Shown here in pieces: positions 1 through 17,332 of a stretch of DNA of 64,000 nt. The first letter of the stretch is position 1. Every line of letters starts with the position of its first letter. Source of the stretch: Octopus sinensis (Eukaryota); assembly GCF_006345805.1 (NCBI RefSeq), contig NC_043010.1, positions 19,344,001 through 19,408,000 on the forward strand. Reading direction: 5' to 3'. The notes beneath the pieces were generated by a model that worked only from the letters and a program-made list of their open reading frames with translations, did not search any database and was not told where the DNA came from. Made by a program: the position numbers and the translations under genes.

Positions 1-1078
1 TTCTGCCTTATTACATCAATTCGCTTCTAGCGTATCTTGTCCTAGACACATCACATTGCCTAAAAGTGATTTACTCCCCTTTCTATGGGTTCACTAGTTC
101 AAAAGTCAAAAGAAACTACTAATTCCGTATATTTATTTGTGTAAACGAAAGTATTGATAACACATAACGATTTAGCAAATAGTTATTTTAATTTGTTTTC
201 CCTTCTCACTCGCAGTCTTTTCCAACAGACACACAAATATCTACTAACACACGTGGTACCTCTAATGGTTATATATATTACAAGGGAAATAGTCATTTCT
301 CCGACACAGAGTAAGAAATTCGAAATTGAAGTTAAAGAATTATAAGGAAAAAAGATTTCACTTATTTATTTATTTATTTATGCTTACTTAATACGAAGAT
401 CTTAAGATTTCCGACCATTGGTCATAATGCATAGCACTATATCATTCTTTTTAGAAATCATCAATATGATATGACTTGTGATTTATCAATTAAACGATTT
501 ATTAAATGAGGCATTTTATTAAAGCTATGAATGAATACAGTTTAGAATGAATTTGTAGAATGTGTTTTTTCTGTTTTGTTTTTTTTTCTAAAACGTTTGT
601 AGATTAGGAATCAAGTAAAATAGGAAGTGAAAATGTCAGATTGAAGGTCAATACTTTTAGTTTCAGGCTCAGATAACTCCTCAAGCTGATTCCAGTGTTT
701 TCTTTGAGAGTTTAAATTAGTCTCAAGGCTTTATTTTTAGTGGTATTACCCCGTTTGGGTAGTGGCATAAGCATCTTTGCGTAAATTGACACGCCTTGCC
801 CACCGCCAACAATATACAAATGAATATATAAACAAACCGTCCATCAATCTTATCCATCCATCGATTTTCAAGATTACATCTCACATTCTACCATTATACA
901 AGGCGTTGACTTCTATGAAGGAAATCCTTAGACTAATTCTACATTAAATATCCCTTCATAATCTTTGTTTTCTACAATCGTAACCATGGTTCATTGCTTG
1001 ATAAACTCTCCGGATCGAAACAGCCGGCAGAATGTAGCAGCACAATAAACAAATATACAAATATACATACGTGTATAC

Positions 1079-1130
<52 letters not shown>

Positions 1131-1571
1131 ATGTATGTATGTATGTAGATATATACATATATAGCACATATATATGTATATATACGTATACATACACATA
1201 TGCACTTGCATACCATACGCATTCACGTACACACATGTACACGCGCGCGCGCACACATATATCGATCGAGAGAGACTGTTATACGATTAATTATTGAATA
1301 TGTCTCCCTTAATCGATATATACAACAGCTTTGATGATAGGGAAGCTATTGATTACAACTTTTTAATATTTTCCAAAAAGACACGAAATTAATAGGGTGA
1401 CCCCTGCTTTAAGGTTTCGTATTTGACAGCCCTGATTCACACCTGAGTTTCATTTACAATAATCTGGGTTCGCTTATATATACCAGGCAGTCACATTGGT
1501 CTCTCTCTCTCTCTTTCTCTCTTCTCTCTCCTTCTCTCGCTCTTGTCTCCTCCTCTCTTTCTTAATATATA

Positions 1572-1691
<120 letters not shown>

Positions 1692-1886
1692 ACATATATA
1701 TATATATACATATATATATATACATATATATACGTATATATATATATATATATATCTTTCTGGGATGAGTTACTCGACATCCTCAAAGACGTTATGACCT
1801 TATGGTGTTGGCATCGTAGATATGTTGAGAAGATGTCTGTGGCAATGGTTTACATACACTTTCACTTATTGATTTTTTCCTATATA

Positions 1887-1980
<94 letters not shown>

Positions 1981-1990
1981 CTTTCCTCAA

Positions 1991-2263
1991 CAGGCCCTGC
2001 CCTATTTAACATTGTTCCGAAAGAGATCAAAGAGGAAAAGGATCCCATCAACTTTAAACGGAGTCTGGATAGATTCCTTCAAGGAATACCAGATAAGCCA
2101 CCCATAATTGGATACAACTCACTCAACAAAAACTCACTACTTGAATGGACCATAAACAAAACTTGACTTAAACAGGATTCAGATAATCCTATCGGGTGGT
2201 GCTATTAAGTTAGACATGGCCTGGACCAATCTTTGGTCGAAACATATCTAAGTTTTATCTAAG

Positions 2264-2265
<2 letters not shown>
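1991..2265 (+). mobile_element. CR1/L2-like LINE 3' end (RT C-terminal tail + 3' UTR)
   Basis: Translates [52 protein letters not shown]; ends in a hairpin followed by an atctaagtt tandem tail. Confidence 0.75.
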
Positions 2266-2321
<56 letters not shown>

Positions 2322-2814
2322 GGCGAGAGAGTATATAAAGAAAGTCAAGAATTATGAGATGAATATATTTAAATCACCAGTTGATATCCATAGGATGACA
2401 GTCGTTTCGAAGCCAATATCACACAAAAGTAATTTATTTTAGTAAATACTAAAATATTTTACATGTCTGCATTAGTGTGTCTGTTATAAACTGCATAGTA
2501 CCATTGTACAGTTTACAAACGAATGCAGGTATATAAAGCTAGTTCATCAGATCAACAGAATATCATAGTTACATCAATTGTTCGACTCCAGTATACACAT
2601 ACAGAAAAAAATCATCTTCAGTGTTAATGTATGGAAGACAATAATTAATAATTAAAAAAAGCTAAAGAGGGGAGGAAAGGAAATTTAGTGTGATACTAAG
2701 AAAAGAAACAGTGTGTAATGGTGATGAATGTAAAGATAATATATAATATCAGAGAGAGAGAGAGAGAGAGAGTCCGGTAGATTATCGTTACTAACCTAAC
2801 GGTGTTAATTTTTT

Positions 2815-3329
2815 TGTGTGACCCCCTTCAGTCATGAATGGCCATGGAATTGCACCTAGAAAGTTACCCTCCAAAGCACAGGTGTGGGCAAGGCTGTTTA
2901 TGGAAGACCAGCAGTCGCCCATGCATACTGGCCTCCCCTCTCCACGCTACCGATGTTATCCAAGGGAAAGACAAAGGGGCCGATACAGATTGGCACCAGT
3001 GGCGTCGCAGCTCACTTATTAACGTGCAAGTGGCTGAGCACTTCACAAACACATGTACCCTTAACGTAGTTCTCGGGGAGATTCAGGGTGACACAGAGTG
3101 TGACAAGACTGGCTCCTTTGAAATACAGGTACAACAGAAGCAGGAAGAAAGAGTGAGAGAAAGTTTTGGTGAAAGAGTACAGCAGGGTTCACCACCACCC
3201 CATGCCGGAGCCTCGTGGAGCTTTAGGTGTTTTCGCTCAATAAAAACTCACAATGCCCGGTCTGGGAATTGAAACCGCGATCCTACGACCGCGAGTCCGC
3301 TGCCCTAACCACTGGGCCATTGCGCCTCC
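2815..3329 (-). mobile_element. tRNA-derived SINE, family C head with composite body
   Basis: Minus-strand head ggaggcgcaatggcccagtggttagggcagcggactcgcggtcg...gtttcaattccc with A/B boxes; same head at 28393 and 54197. Confidence 0.8.
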
Positions 3330-3649
3330 ACAACGGTGTTGATAATAGAGAGAGAAAAGAAAGTAAAAGTTCAAAGGAACGTGAGAGAAATTTGCAGATA
3401 TTGTGTTTATGAAATATAGAGATTAATATCAACGAAAAGAGAAATAAATCAATCTAAGTACTTTATAGCAGAACTTTTGGAATTCACAGGCTTGGTTACT
3501 CTTTGCATGCAGATATCATAAAAAAAGGAAAAGTTGGTAACGGAGATCAAATCACGATATTTTCAACAGAGACAAATTCAGATCGAAACAAAAATTTCTT
3601 GATCACTAATGAGTTTTTAAAAGACGATACCACATGCCTATCACTCCTT

Positions 3650-4337
3650 GCTTCACTACACATGGAGACAACATGATGAATGGTTTCATTTTGTTGTTGA
3701 CATACACATGTTGGGCAGCTGCCGTTCTTTAATATGTTGGCCTGGTAGTTTCTTGTAGGTAGGCATTGATCTTGGGCTGCTATGATAAACCCTTCTGTTT
3801 CTGATTTTAAGCCAGAAGCCACAAACCATTGATGGGTACGGGGTTTGTCAGCATTGGCATTATTAGCTCTCTTTGGGTATTTGCCATTGAGAGTTTTTTT
3901 TTGCCATTTATCAGTAAGAATATCTAAGGCAACAGTTTTAGCATGGGTTTTCATGCGCTTAGCTTTTCCTGTGCTTGTTTCTAGTACGTCCAATTTTGGA
4001 AATTGCTGTATTTAGAATTCACTTAGATACTCCTTTGCCTGTTTTGTTACTGAGTATGATGCTTTCTTGTTTTCATGCTTTGAGACAAGTCTTAACATCC
4101 AGTCATCAGAGTTTTTTAGATAGGTGTCTAGACTCACTGTGGCAATCTTCATTGTTAATTCCAATAGTAAAAGTCCATGGCCTCTCTCTTTTCTTGGCAG
4201 ATAAAGTCGTTCTATATCTGTCTTAGGGTGGTGCATTCTATACATTGTCAACAATTTTGGTATCTTTCTGTCAAGATTACATATTTCAGTAATTGACCAG
4301 TTAATGATATTGAAACTGTAAGTCACCACTGGTATGG
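3650..4337 (-). mobile_element. R4/Dong-clade LINE fragment (post-RT region + CCHC finger)
   Basis: VTYSFNIINW...DIERLYLPRKERGHGL and LKSETEGFIIAAQDQCLPTRNY...ETIHHVVSMC; frameshifted; 5' truncation abuts (ATT)n at 4338. Confidence 0.85.
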
Positions 4338-4340
4338 TTA

Positions 4341-4420
<80 letters not shown>

Positions 4421-4486
4421 CATTACTATTACTATTACTATTAATATTATTATTATTATTATTATTACTATTATTATTACTATTAA

Positions 4487-4531
<45 letters not shown>

Positions 4532-4588
4532 CATTATTATCATTATTATCATTATTAATATTATTATTATAATTATTATTATTATTAT
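4338..4588. repeat. (ATT)n microsatellite
   Basis: Direct reading. Confidence 0.95.
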
Positions 4589-4604
4589 ATTTGTTATGCG
4601 TGTG

Positions 4605-4675
4605 ATCCCTCCGTCCGTATAAAAATGATCTTGCATGAAACCGGCCCCTGGTGCAAAACTGATTCGGGACCACTG
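4605..4675 (-). mobile_element. hAT-Charlie-like MITE terminal fragment
   Basis: Minus strand cagtggtcccgaa...gcaccaggggccggtttcatgcaagatcattttt; related copy at 32461-32542. Confidence 0.55.
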
Positions 4676-5049
4676 CATTAGAGCATTCATTCTGTATTCT
4701 TGTTTGTTCTAGCGGTTCATTGTAGACAGAAATGACTTAAATATTCGTCAAGTTCACTTGACCGTTTTCCCTCCCTCTAAATTCGTAGACCTCTGTCCAA
4801 AGTAATACGTTTTTCTTTATTAGTAAACAAACACAAAATATGAAGCGTCTAACAGCACTGTTTATTTACGTCGCCATCTTGGTTTTGTTGGTTGGAGACT
4901 AAAACATGACAACCAACAGGTTTCCTGTTTATTTTCTAACATATTTCTAAGATGGCAGAAATCCGTTGTGGCTTTCTTCACAAAATTATCAAAATACTTG
5001 ATTTATACTGAATGTGCTGAATATTCTTATATTTTTACAAACTGCTACA

Positions 5050-5095
5050 GCCACAACTACTACTACGACTACCACTACTACTACTACTACTAATA

Positions 5096-5182
<87 letters not shown>

Positions 5183-5231
5183 TAATAATAATATATAATA
5201 ATAATGATAATAATAATAATAATAATAATAA

Positions 5232-5317
<86 letters not shown>

Positions 5318-5460
5318 TAATAATAATATAATAAAAATAATAAAAAATAATAATGATAATAATGATAAGAAGAAGAAGAAGAAAAGGAAGAAGAAGAAGG
5401 AGGAGGAGGAGGACGACGATGACGACGATGTCGACAACGACGATGATGATGATAACATTG
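5050..5460. repeat. Compound trinucleotide microsatellite (ACT/AAT/AAG/GAG/GAC)
   Basis: Direct reading. Confidence 0.95.
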
Positions 5461-6014
5461 AATCATGGCAAAATGATATTTCATATACGAAGAAAATTTC
5501 GTCCATTTTTATCTCATTTTGACTTCTTTTATATCTCTTCTCTCTTCACATTCAAAGCTCTCAGTTTTTTGTTAATCTCTGTTTTCTTTCACGCTTTCGT
5601 TCAGTCTACTCGTTTCTTCTTCATTTTCAATTCCTACATTAATTCTATATTTCCCTCACTTGTTTCACTCAACTATTCGATCCATTTTCTCGTTCCTTCT
5701 CTTTCACTCAATCATTTGTTCCTCTTTTCTTCTCTGGTTTTGCCACCTTCATTCAAATCTTCTATGATTTTACTTCTTCCTTTAAATTCAATTTAATCGA
5801 GTCATCTTTCTTTCCTTCTCGACTTTCATTCAAATGGTTTACATATTCTCTCGTGTCTCTCACGTTTACAATTAATTTATTAATCCATTCAGATTTTTTT
5901 CTTCATTTCTTTCTTTCAATTGTTCTTGTTTTTTTTTTTTGTTGGTCTTTTTTTGTTTTCTTCAATTCTTCCTTTATTTTGATCAGGCATTATATTTTCA
6001 TAACCATCCCTCTC

Positions 6015-6659
<645 letters not shown>

Positions 6660-7192
6660 GTCTTATCTGTCTTGCATTCACATCTTGTTCGTTTTGTACA
6701 TCAAGCTTTTCTATTTAACTTTCTCACCGTTTTACTTTATTTTCCACCCAAACTATTTCTTGATTCTTCTTAAACTATTTGAAAACTTTTTTTACAATTC
6801 TATTGAAAAGGGTGTCACGTCTTGACCTTTCCAAGCGGCCCACTTCTCATTGACTCTGCTGTCTCCGTTACAAACGATTATTGAGCTGGTATGTTCAGTA
6901 GAAATGGAGTTAAAATTTAGAAAATGAAGCTGGTACTTTATCTTTAATAACTACAAACTTCCCATAATTCCACAGTAACAGTATTTAAATGAGATGTCTA
7001 TGATCTGCCTCTTCGAAGCTGTTCTTTTCTCTCGTGTCTCCTCCTTGCATTAGAACAGGACTTCGCATCGTCTCATATTTCTTCCTTACATCTTCGCATT
7101 CTTCATACTTTCTCTGTCATTCCCTATCTCCCCTCGCCCTTTCCTCTTTTTGTCTCCCTCTTCTCATTCCCCTCCTCTCTCTCTCTTCTCCC

Positions 7193-7241
<49 letters not shown>

Positions 7242-7275
7242 CGTGTATATCCATATATATATATATATATATAAT

Positions 7276-7306
<31 letters not shown>

Positions 7307-7317
7307 GTGGTGTATAT

Positions 7318-7394
<77 letters not shown>

Positions 7395-7945
7395 GTATGT
7401 ATGTATATATATGTGTGTGTTTGTGCGTGTTTGTGTGCATGTGTGCGTGCGTGTGTATGTGTGTGACACGCGCGCGCTTGTGTGCGTGAATATTGCTAAA
7501 CTGATTATAGCTATGTAGGCTGTTTTGGAGGGAAAAATCTTAGATAAGAATCTCACGAGATCAGACACCACCACCACCGCCGCCGCCGCCACCACCACCG
7601 TCCGCTGTAGCTTCTGTGGAAACGTTCATCAAATGCGACACCTCTCAGTTAACCCAGTTCCAATCGTCATCTCAAGAGCGGCTTCCTGCTGTCAAGCATC
7701 CTAATGGTACATTTACAGATTGATAAAAATCTACATTCAGTTGTATAAATCTGCAGAGTGGTTTCTTTTCAATGTTACTGACCCACAGATTATCGTCTAA
7801 AGTCTTATTGCACTAATGTTGCAGCATTTCGAGCCTTAATATTAATCTCACCGAGGATAATCTTGCTGATTAAACCCGTTTAAATTTAGAGTTGATAACC
7901 TTCAGATTAGGTTGGAGATCAATTTCATAGTATGAACCCTAAGGG

Positions 7946-8355
7946 CAAGGACGTGCCGCCTACGTAGGCAAGGTAGGCAGTGCCTACCTTGAATAAAATA
8001 GATAGATAACAACATTTTCGTTTTATGGCAAAATATGCACCTAATTCAATAAAATCATGAAGGTTACTCTGATTACTATACATAAAATGGAAAATATTTA
8101 ATTTTTTTGTAGATTAGGAAGGCATAATTCACCCCTGCTTTTCAATCTCAGTATTTAAGATACGCATAGAACTGCTGTAGCACACATGCTGCGTACACTC
8201 CTACAACACCGTTTTTGTTTGCATATGCTATCAAAGCAGAAGTAAATCTGCCTTCAACTCAGTTGCGCGCTTGTATTTCGCTTATTTTTTGTGCGTTTTA
8301 CTGAATAAAGGTCATCAACAGCCAACCCTGAGTAATTACTGACGGCACATGCCTG
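7946..8355. mobile_element. 410-bp hAT-type MITE
   Basis: 8-bp TSD CCTAAGGG at 7938-7945 and 8356-8363; imperfect 15-bp TIRs CAAGGACGTGCCGCC / CAGGCATGTGCCGTC (11 of 15 match). Confidence 0.75.
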
Positions 8356-9172
8356 CCTAAGGGTAATCTAGGTTGCGCACATAACGATGTATTCCACGCA
8401 ATCTTCTTCTTTTAGTGGAGAAGCAAGTTCTTCTGCCTCTATTATTTGTAGGTTTATTATCTAAAAATGTATTTGATAGCTTTTATACAATAGTCTATGG
8501 TGTTTCATAAAAAACAATGTGACGCTTGAATCTTTATTTTTATTTTATTTATGAAATAATTTATAGCGACAGAAGCAGTTTTGATACCTAAAGATAATAT
8601 TCATCACCACTTAAAAAAAGGATGTGTTAAAACACAAAATACTGCCATAGTTACCGTTACAGAACTTCTCGTGTTAACTTATAGTGCATATAATCACTCG
8701 TATTTATATCGCTAGCGGGTGTTAATCCACCGCCATCGCCTCCGCTATTTTTTTTCCTTATTAGAAAGGGAATTTTTGTGTTCTAAATTTATACATGTCT
8801 GCAAGTGTCTCAGTCGAGTGTTTTGCTTTTTTCTTTTCTTCTTTTTTTCCTAAAAGAAGGTTTTCCAACACATAAACTTCATTACACTTACAATTTATTC
8901 AATGAGTCGAATGAGATAAAATTCCTGGATTATTTGAGACGATTGTGTTATTCCGTCTTCAGCTTCATGTTCTTAGCTCGAAGATGGTATTCGAGCAGAA
9001 GGCTTCAGACGTGCGACTTTGGTTACAGTGGAGGAAGAAATACTATTCAAAGAATGTTGTGGAGTTTTGGTTTGTTTAGAAACAGCGAATGGCTCATTGC
9101 ACTTCTGCTCAAGTATCCTTGCGATCAGCGAACGTCGAGGTGTGTGTATCGCATTAATCTGATAGGTTACCT

Positions 9173-9580
9173 CTTTCACTCTTTCACTTGTTTCAGTCAT
9201 TTGACTGCGGCCATGCTGGAGCACCGCCTTTAGTCGAACAAATCAACCCCAGGACTTATTCTTTGTAAGCCTAGTACTTATTCTATCGGTCTCTTTTGCC
9301 GAACCGCTAAGATACGGGAACGTAAACACACCAGAATCGGTTGTCAAGCGATGTTGTGGCGATAAACACAGACACACAAACACACACACACACACATATA
9401 TTTATATACATATACATATATACGACGGGCTTCTTTCAGTTTCCGTCTACCAAATCCACTCACAAGGCTTTGGTCGGCCCGAGGCTATAGTAGAAGACAC
9501 TTGCCCAAGATGCCACGCAGTGGGACTGAACCCGGAACCATGTGGTTGGTAAGCAAGCTACTTACCACACAGCCACTCCT
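9173..9580 (-). mobile_element. tRNA-derived SINE, family A (head, internal CA/TA tract, hairpin tail)
   Basis: Head ggagtggctgtgtggtaagtagcttgcttaccaaccacatggttccgggttcagtccc; near-identical copy at 30033-30522. Confidence 0.9.
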
Positions 9581-10553
9581 CCTACCCTATACATTTGTAG
9601 AGAACAAATTTAATATTCATGCAATTTAATATTCACACATTGACAGTGACTTCGAAGTTTCAGCCAGCCAAGCCACCGTCGGCTGTACTACGAGACTTCT
9701 TGTTTAAGAATAACACACACACACATACACATACACACGCATACACACATACACACATGTATACATATAATCCAAATAAAAAAGACAAAGGACTTTAAAC
9801 ACATCTATAATGATAAGTTACAATTGTTTCTGTACCTATGTGTGTGTTTGTGTACATTTATGTGTGTGTGTGCTTGTGTGCGCATGTGTGTGTGTAATGA
9901 TTGGCACTTTCTCTAATGTAATTAACTATGATGACGTCATCAGCTGGACAAACAGTTTTGTTATCTGGAATAGTACAAAACCGTGATGACGCTTTCAGCA
10001 TCCAGCTTTCCTTGACATCTCATTGGTGGTTGGTCATCAATCGTAAATTGATTTTTGGGTGCAAAATATTGAATCTGGAATATTTTGCTGTCTTTGAGAG
10101 AATCTCATGCTGCCAAATTAAATCCAAATCCAATCTGTTAACGGTACAGAATAGACTGGTAAGACATTCCGAAACTTCTCCATTTGAGAGTCTTTCGGTC
10201 AACAGATGCACACGGTTGGTTGTAGGAATCGAAAGCCCAACCAACTCGTCTGCATATTTACAACCACCGAGAACTTACTCAACTCAAAACCTCTTGTTGG
10301 ATAAGCATGTACGACATCTCCTAACAAACGTTCATCAAACGGTGAATCAAAAGGTATTCTATGCATGTAAACATTATACATGTGTTTTCACACACGCACA
10401 CACACACACACAGACATATATATATATATATATACGCACATATACATATATATATATTATATATATATATACATATATATATATATTATATATATATATA
10501 TATAATATATATAATATATATATATATAAATATACGCACATATACATATTAAT

Positions 10554-10606
<53 letters not shown>

Positions 10607-10626
10607 GCACATATACATGTATATAT

Positions 10627-10858
10627 ATTTCTTTACTACCCACAAGGGGTTAAATACAGAGAGGACAAACAAGGACAGACAAACGGATTAAGTCGATTAC
10701 ATCGACCCCAGTGCGTTACTGGTACTTAGTTTATCGACCCCGAAAGGATGAAAGGCAAAGTCGACCTCGGCGGAATTTAAACTCAGAACGTAACGGCAGA
10801 CGAAATACAGTTACGCATTTCGCCCGGCGTGCTAACGTTTCTGCCAGCTCGCCGCCTT
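10627..10858 (-). mobile_element. tRNA-derived SINE, family B
   Basis: Head ggcggcgagctggcagaaacgttagcacgccgggcgaaatgc and core gcctttcatcctttcggggtcgataaa; at least 7 further copies in window. Confidence 0.9.
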
Positions 10859-10872
10859 ATACGCACATATAC

Positions 10873-10909
<37 letters not shown>

Positions 10910-11137
10910 TTGAAACATTCCTGTCACAACCTGGGACCTTGAAGACTGCTTAAATGCAAGAAAGTATACTAGTCCCTTAATATTTGATATTCAAATATTC
11001 ATCTATTCAATAAGACAATCAATACTTCATTTCATTTTATTATGTATGCACTATATATACTATAAAACATAAAAAACAAACAGAGTTGGAATTCATTTGA
11101 ATAATATATATCCCTCTATACACAATCATACAAACCC

Positions 11138-11180
<43 letters not shown>

Positions 11181-11183
11181 ATA

Positions 11184-11401
11184 CTTTATTTTAAGCAGCA
11201 GAAAATTCAACAAAATCTGTTACTCTGAGTTTCTCGTTGCCGTTCATCAGACAAGCAAAAACTGTCTGATGAACGGCAACGAGAAACTCAGAGTAACAGA
11301 TTTTGTTGAATTTTCTGCTGCTTAAAATAAAGCATATTACTCTACCACTGGTATTTGAGCACTCTTTTTTCCACCTTGTTTCACATTTATGTGTTTACTC
11401 C

Positions 11402-11402
<1 letters not shown>
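11184..11402 (+). mobile_element. Penelope-like (PLE) terminal remnant with a 70-bp inverted duplication and hammerhead-like motif
   Basis: Perfect inverted repeat 11184-11253 / 11263-11332; CTGATGA at 11266, GAAA at 11283, GTA at 11293; embedded in (TA)n. Confidence 0.65.
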
Positions 11403-11460
<58 letters not shown>

Positions 11461-11769
11461 TAGAGAAAAACCACTATTACATAATTCAAACAATGATAGA
11501 CATAAACATATCATATAGAAAAAATAAAATATATTTTATAAAACATATAACTAGATCACAAAAAGTACAAAAAAATGAATAAAAAATATATAAGTACAAA
11601 ATCTTTTTACTTAATATATATTGTTTATTCATTTTTTTGTCCTTTTTGTGGTCTAGTCATATGTTTTATAAAAATATATTTTATTTTTCTTTATGATTTG
11701 GTTTGTCTATCATTGTTTGAATTACATAATAGTGGTTTTTCTCTAATTTATATACATATATATATATAT

Positions 11770-11807
11770 AGATAGATAGATATAGATATAGATAGATAGA
11801 TAGATAG

Positions 11808-11850
<43 letters not shown>

Positions 11851-11930
11851 AAGATAGATAGGTAGGTAGTAAGGTAGATAGATAGATAGATAGATAGGTA
11901 TAGATAGATAGGTATAGATAGATAGATAGC

Positions 11931-12006
<76 letters not shown>
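11770..12006. repeat. (GATA)n microsatellite
   Basis: Direct reading. Confidence 0.95.
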
Positions 12007-12007
<1 letters not shown>

Positions 12008-12153
12008 GTGTGCATTTTCCCTTTGTTTACAATTAACACGGAAAAAATAGATAAATAGTTACCAGAGTAGCAAAAAATGACACAAGTAAAAAAGGCGTAA
12101 CACCTTGTGTGTGCGCTTGTGTGTGTTCGTTTTTGTGTGTATATGTATACATA

Positions 12154-12206
<53 letters not shown>

Positions 12207-14433
12207 ATTTCCATCTTCAATACTCGTCAGCTGCAAGTTGTTTTGCGCCATAAAGCGAAGATGTATTCAGCTATTAATGTTTATTATCATATTCAACATG
12301 GCCGTTTGTGTTTCTTCTGTTTCAACAGACTAGAAGTACTGGTAAGTCTATTATTAAGGAATATACATTGTTAAACGCACATCACGAACGAAATCATTGG
12401 ACAAATACGAATGACAATATGTAAGCAGCGAGTATAAATGCAAATGTATAAGAAGACATGGAACTAAACCAGATCAATAAAGACTTGTTGTACGAACGGA
12501 GACATGTACGAACGCGTATAAGACACGAAATGCATGAAATCTGTTTAACATCGGAGACAATGGTCAAACTTCTGTTAAAAGTATGAGGCTGGACAGCATC
12601 TTTATGGACCTTTTAATGACAGCAAATAGGAGACAAGCATGTACTTTTGTTAAGTGCAGTGACTTGAGCAACCAAAAGTGAGGAACAGAATGAAACCCCT
12701 CAGTGTAATCAAACCATGGTCTTGGAGGAATTAATTGTGACAACATTAATAAAGCAGCGAGCTGGCAAAAGGCCTTAAGTTTTCTGCTGAGCTTTTTCAT
12801 TTGTGTCTACGAGATACATCAGGAAACTGGTGTTCTTTTCAATATTCCTATAAAAAATTTCCTCAGCGTTATCCAGTCTGTTGGGGATTTATTGGTGCTT
12901 TTTCTTCTTACAACTTTTCCCATTGGTTTCGCAAAATTTTCGGAGTCGATTGACTAAACTTTATTGTTCATACAGTAATCGCTCTTAATTCTATTTAACT
13001 ATGAAACTTTCTGATTAAAATCTTTCTTTTTTTATTTTGGATATTGAGTAATACGATTATATATATATGTATGCTAGTATGTGTGTGTGCGCGTGTATAT
13101 GTGTGTGCACGCGCACGCGTATAAGATAAGTTTTGAGTAAGACTTGGCTGCTATTTTTAGCGACAACGTGGAGACTCGCTCACTCTTTGATTCACTCTGC
13201 GGGTTGTTCTTTGATCACAGGTAACCTTCAAACCTTCAATTCTATTCACAGAAGACTGAAAGTAACTGAAATCTTATAAAAAGTAAAATTCCCTTCTTAA
13301 TCTTCTTCCGGACGCCATTATTCAAGTCAGAAGTTGGCAGAAACTAGACAACTAATCAAAATGATTTTCTTCTCTGGAAAACCAGCATTTTGGGGGCGGT
13401 TGGGGAATTTTGCTTTTCGTATTTTTTAATAGAGAATCTTATCCATTGTAATGTCATGTAATATTCTTTCTTCCTAATCATAGATTAACATCATTTAATT
13501 TAGAAAACATATTAGCTTCAGATTCCAGTCTTATCGACCATGAGTTATTTATTAAGCTCTCATTAAATTTCTCTGTTGGATTATTGGATTTAAAGAATTC
13601 TAATAGTTCACCAAAATCTTTAAATGAACGAAAATAGAAAAGTAAAAAAGACCAAGAAAAAGAGAATGTTTGCAATTACTTTATCTTTGTGTGACCATCG
13701 AATTTGTTAAGAGTTTTTCTGTGTTGACTGCCGATGTCTTCATATTACGTTTTCATCTTGCAACGATTTCCACAAAATTCAATTAAATTAACCATTTGTG
13801 CCATTTCTAAAAGTAAGAATAATCTTTTATTCTTTTACTGGTTCCGGTTATTGGACAGCGGCCATGCAGAGGAAACACTGTTTGGGGGGGGGGGGTTCTC
13901 AATTATATCGACTAAGTATTTCGTTTGATGCGTTTTGAGTCAACTTCGAAATGTAAAACTGGACACTGATGGAAAAGGTGACCGTTCAGACGGACACCAC
14001 AGACCTCTCTTCTTGACCGGTTCTTTCGCAAATGCAAACATGTGTATGGGTGTGTGTGTTTGTGTGTGTTTGTGTGTGTATATGTGTGTGCGCGTTTTTG
14101 TGTATGTGTGCGTGTGCGTGTGTGTATATATATATATGTGTGTGCGTGTGTGTGTGCGTGCGTGTGTAAATATGTGTGTGCGTTTGTGTTTGTTTGCGTG
14201 TGTGCGCTTGTGTTTGTGTGTGTACGTTTGTGTGTGTGCGTGTGTATTTGTGTGTGTATATATGTGTGAGCGCGTTTTTGTGTATGTGTGTGTGCATGTG
14301 TGTGTATATATGTGTGTGCATGCGTGTGTGTGTAATTATGTCTGTGTGCGTTTGTGTTTGTGTGTGCGTTTAGTGTTTGCGTGTGTATGTGTGTACGTTT
14401 GTGTGTGTGTATGTGCGCGTATGATTGTGGGTG

Positions 14434-14990
<557 letters not shown>

Positions 14991-15390
14991 ATACAATCTC
15001 TTGTTGTATGTTAGTTTTTCTCTCTATATTATTTATAATTTCACGCTTTTCTTCCGCTGCCTAATGCATATTTTATGTTAATGTGTGGGCGGGGATAAGT
15101 CATTTAAAGTAACCGCCTACTTTGTGATTTTTGAGTGTCTCTTTTTTACACAACTTTGTATGAGTTTGTGTTTGTACGTATATCTGAGTGCGTTGTACGT
15201 ATGTGCAACTATATATATGTGTAATTCTGTGTCTGTATGTATGCGTTGCGTGTCTCGTGTGTGTATGTGTGTGTGCGTCAATGTATCGTATGCATGTATG
15301 TGTGAGTGTATCCGTGTTGTGTTGTGCATGCACATAAATCTTCCCTTTTTTCCTCTTTTTTTAAAATTTATATTTTACTTGTTACGGTGA

Positions 15391-15590
15391 TTAAACTGCG
15401 GCCATTCTGGGGCACCACCATGAAGAATTTCTAGTAGTATAAATCGACCCCAGTACTTATTTTTTTAAAGCCAGGTGCTTATTCTTTCGGACTCTTAAGC
15501 CGAACCGCTAAGTTACAGGGATGTAAACACACCAACAACGGCTGTCAGTCGGTTGGAGGGCACAAACATAGACACTAAGACACACGCACA
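15391..15590 (-). mobile_element. SINE family A 3' fragment (diverged)
   Basis: ctgcggccattctggggcaccacc...gccgaaccgctaagttacagggatgtaaacacacc matches 9191-9350. Confidence 0.75.
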
Positions 15591-15659
15591 CACATACATA
15601 CATACATATATATACACATATGTATATACACATATATATATATACATATACATACACAC

Positions 15660-15745
<86 letters not shown>

Positions 15746-15783
15746 TGTTAAGTAGGTAGGTAGATAGGTAGATAGATAGATAT

Positions 15784-17332
<1,549 letters not shown>

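Noticed and set aside
2390-2555. Possible minus-strand hammerhead (CUGAUGA...GAAAC-GACU-GUC)
   Set aside because: Stem II does not pair and stem I is only 3 bp
9928-10380. Non-repetitive part of the 241-aa ORF and antisense ORFs
   Set aside because: No recognisable motif in any frame; possibly an old TE remnant, needs BLASTx
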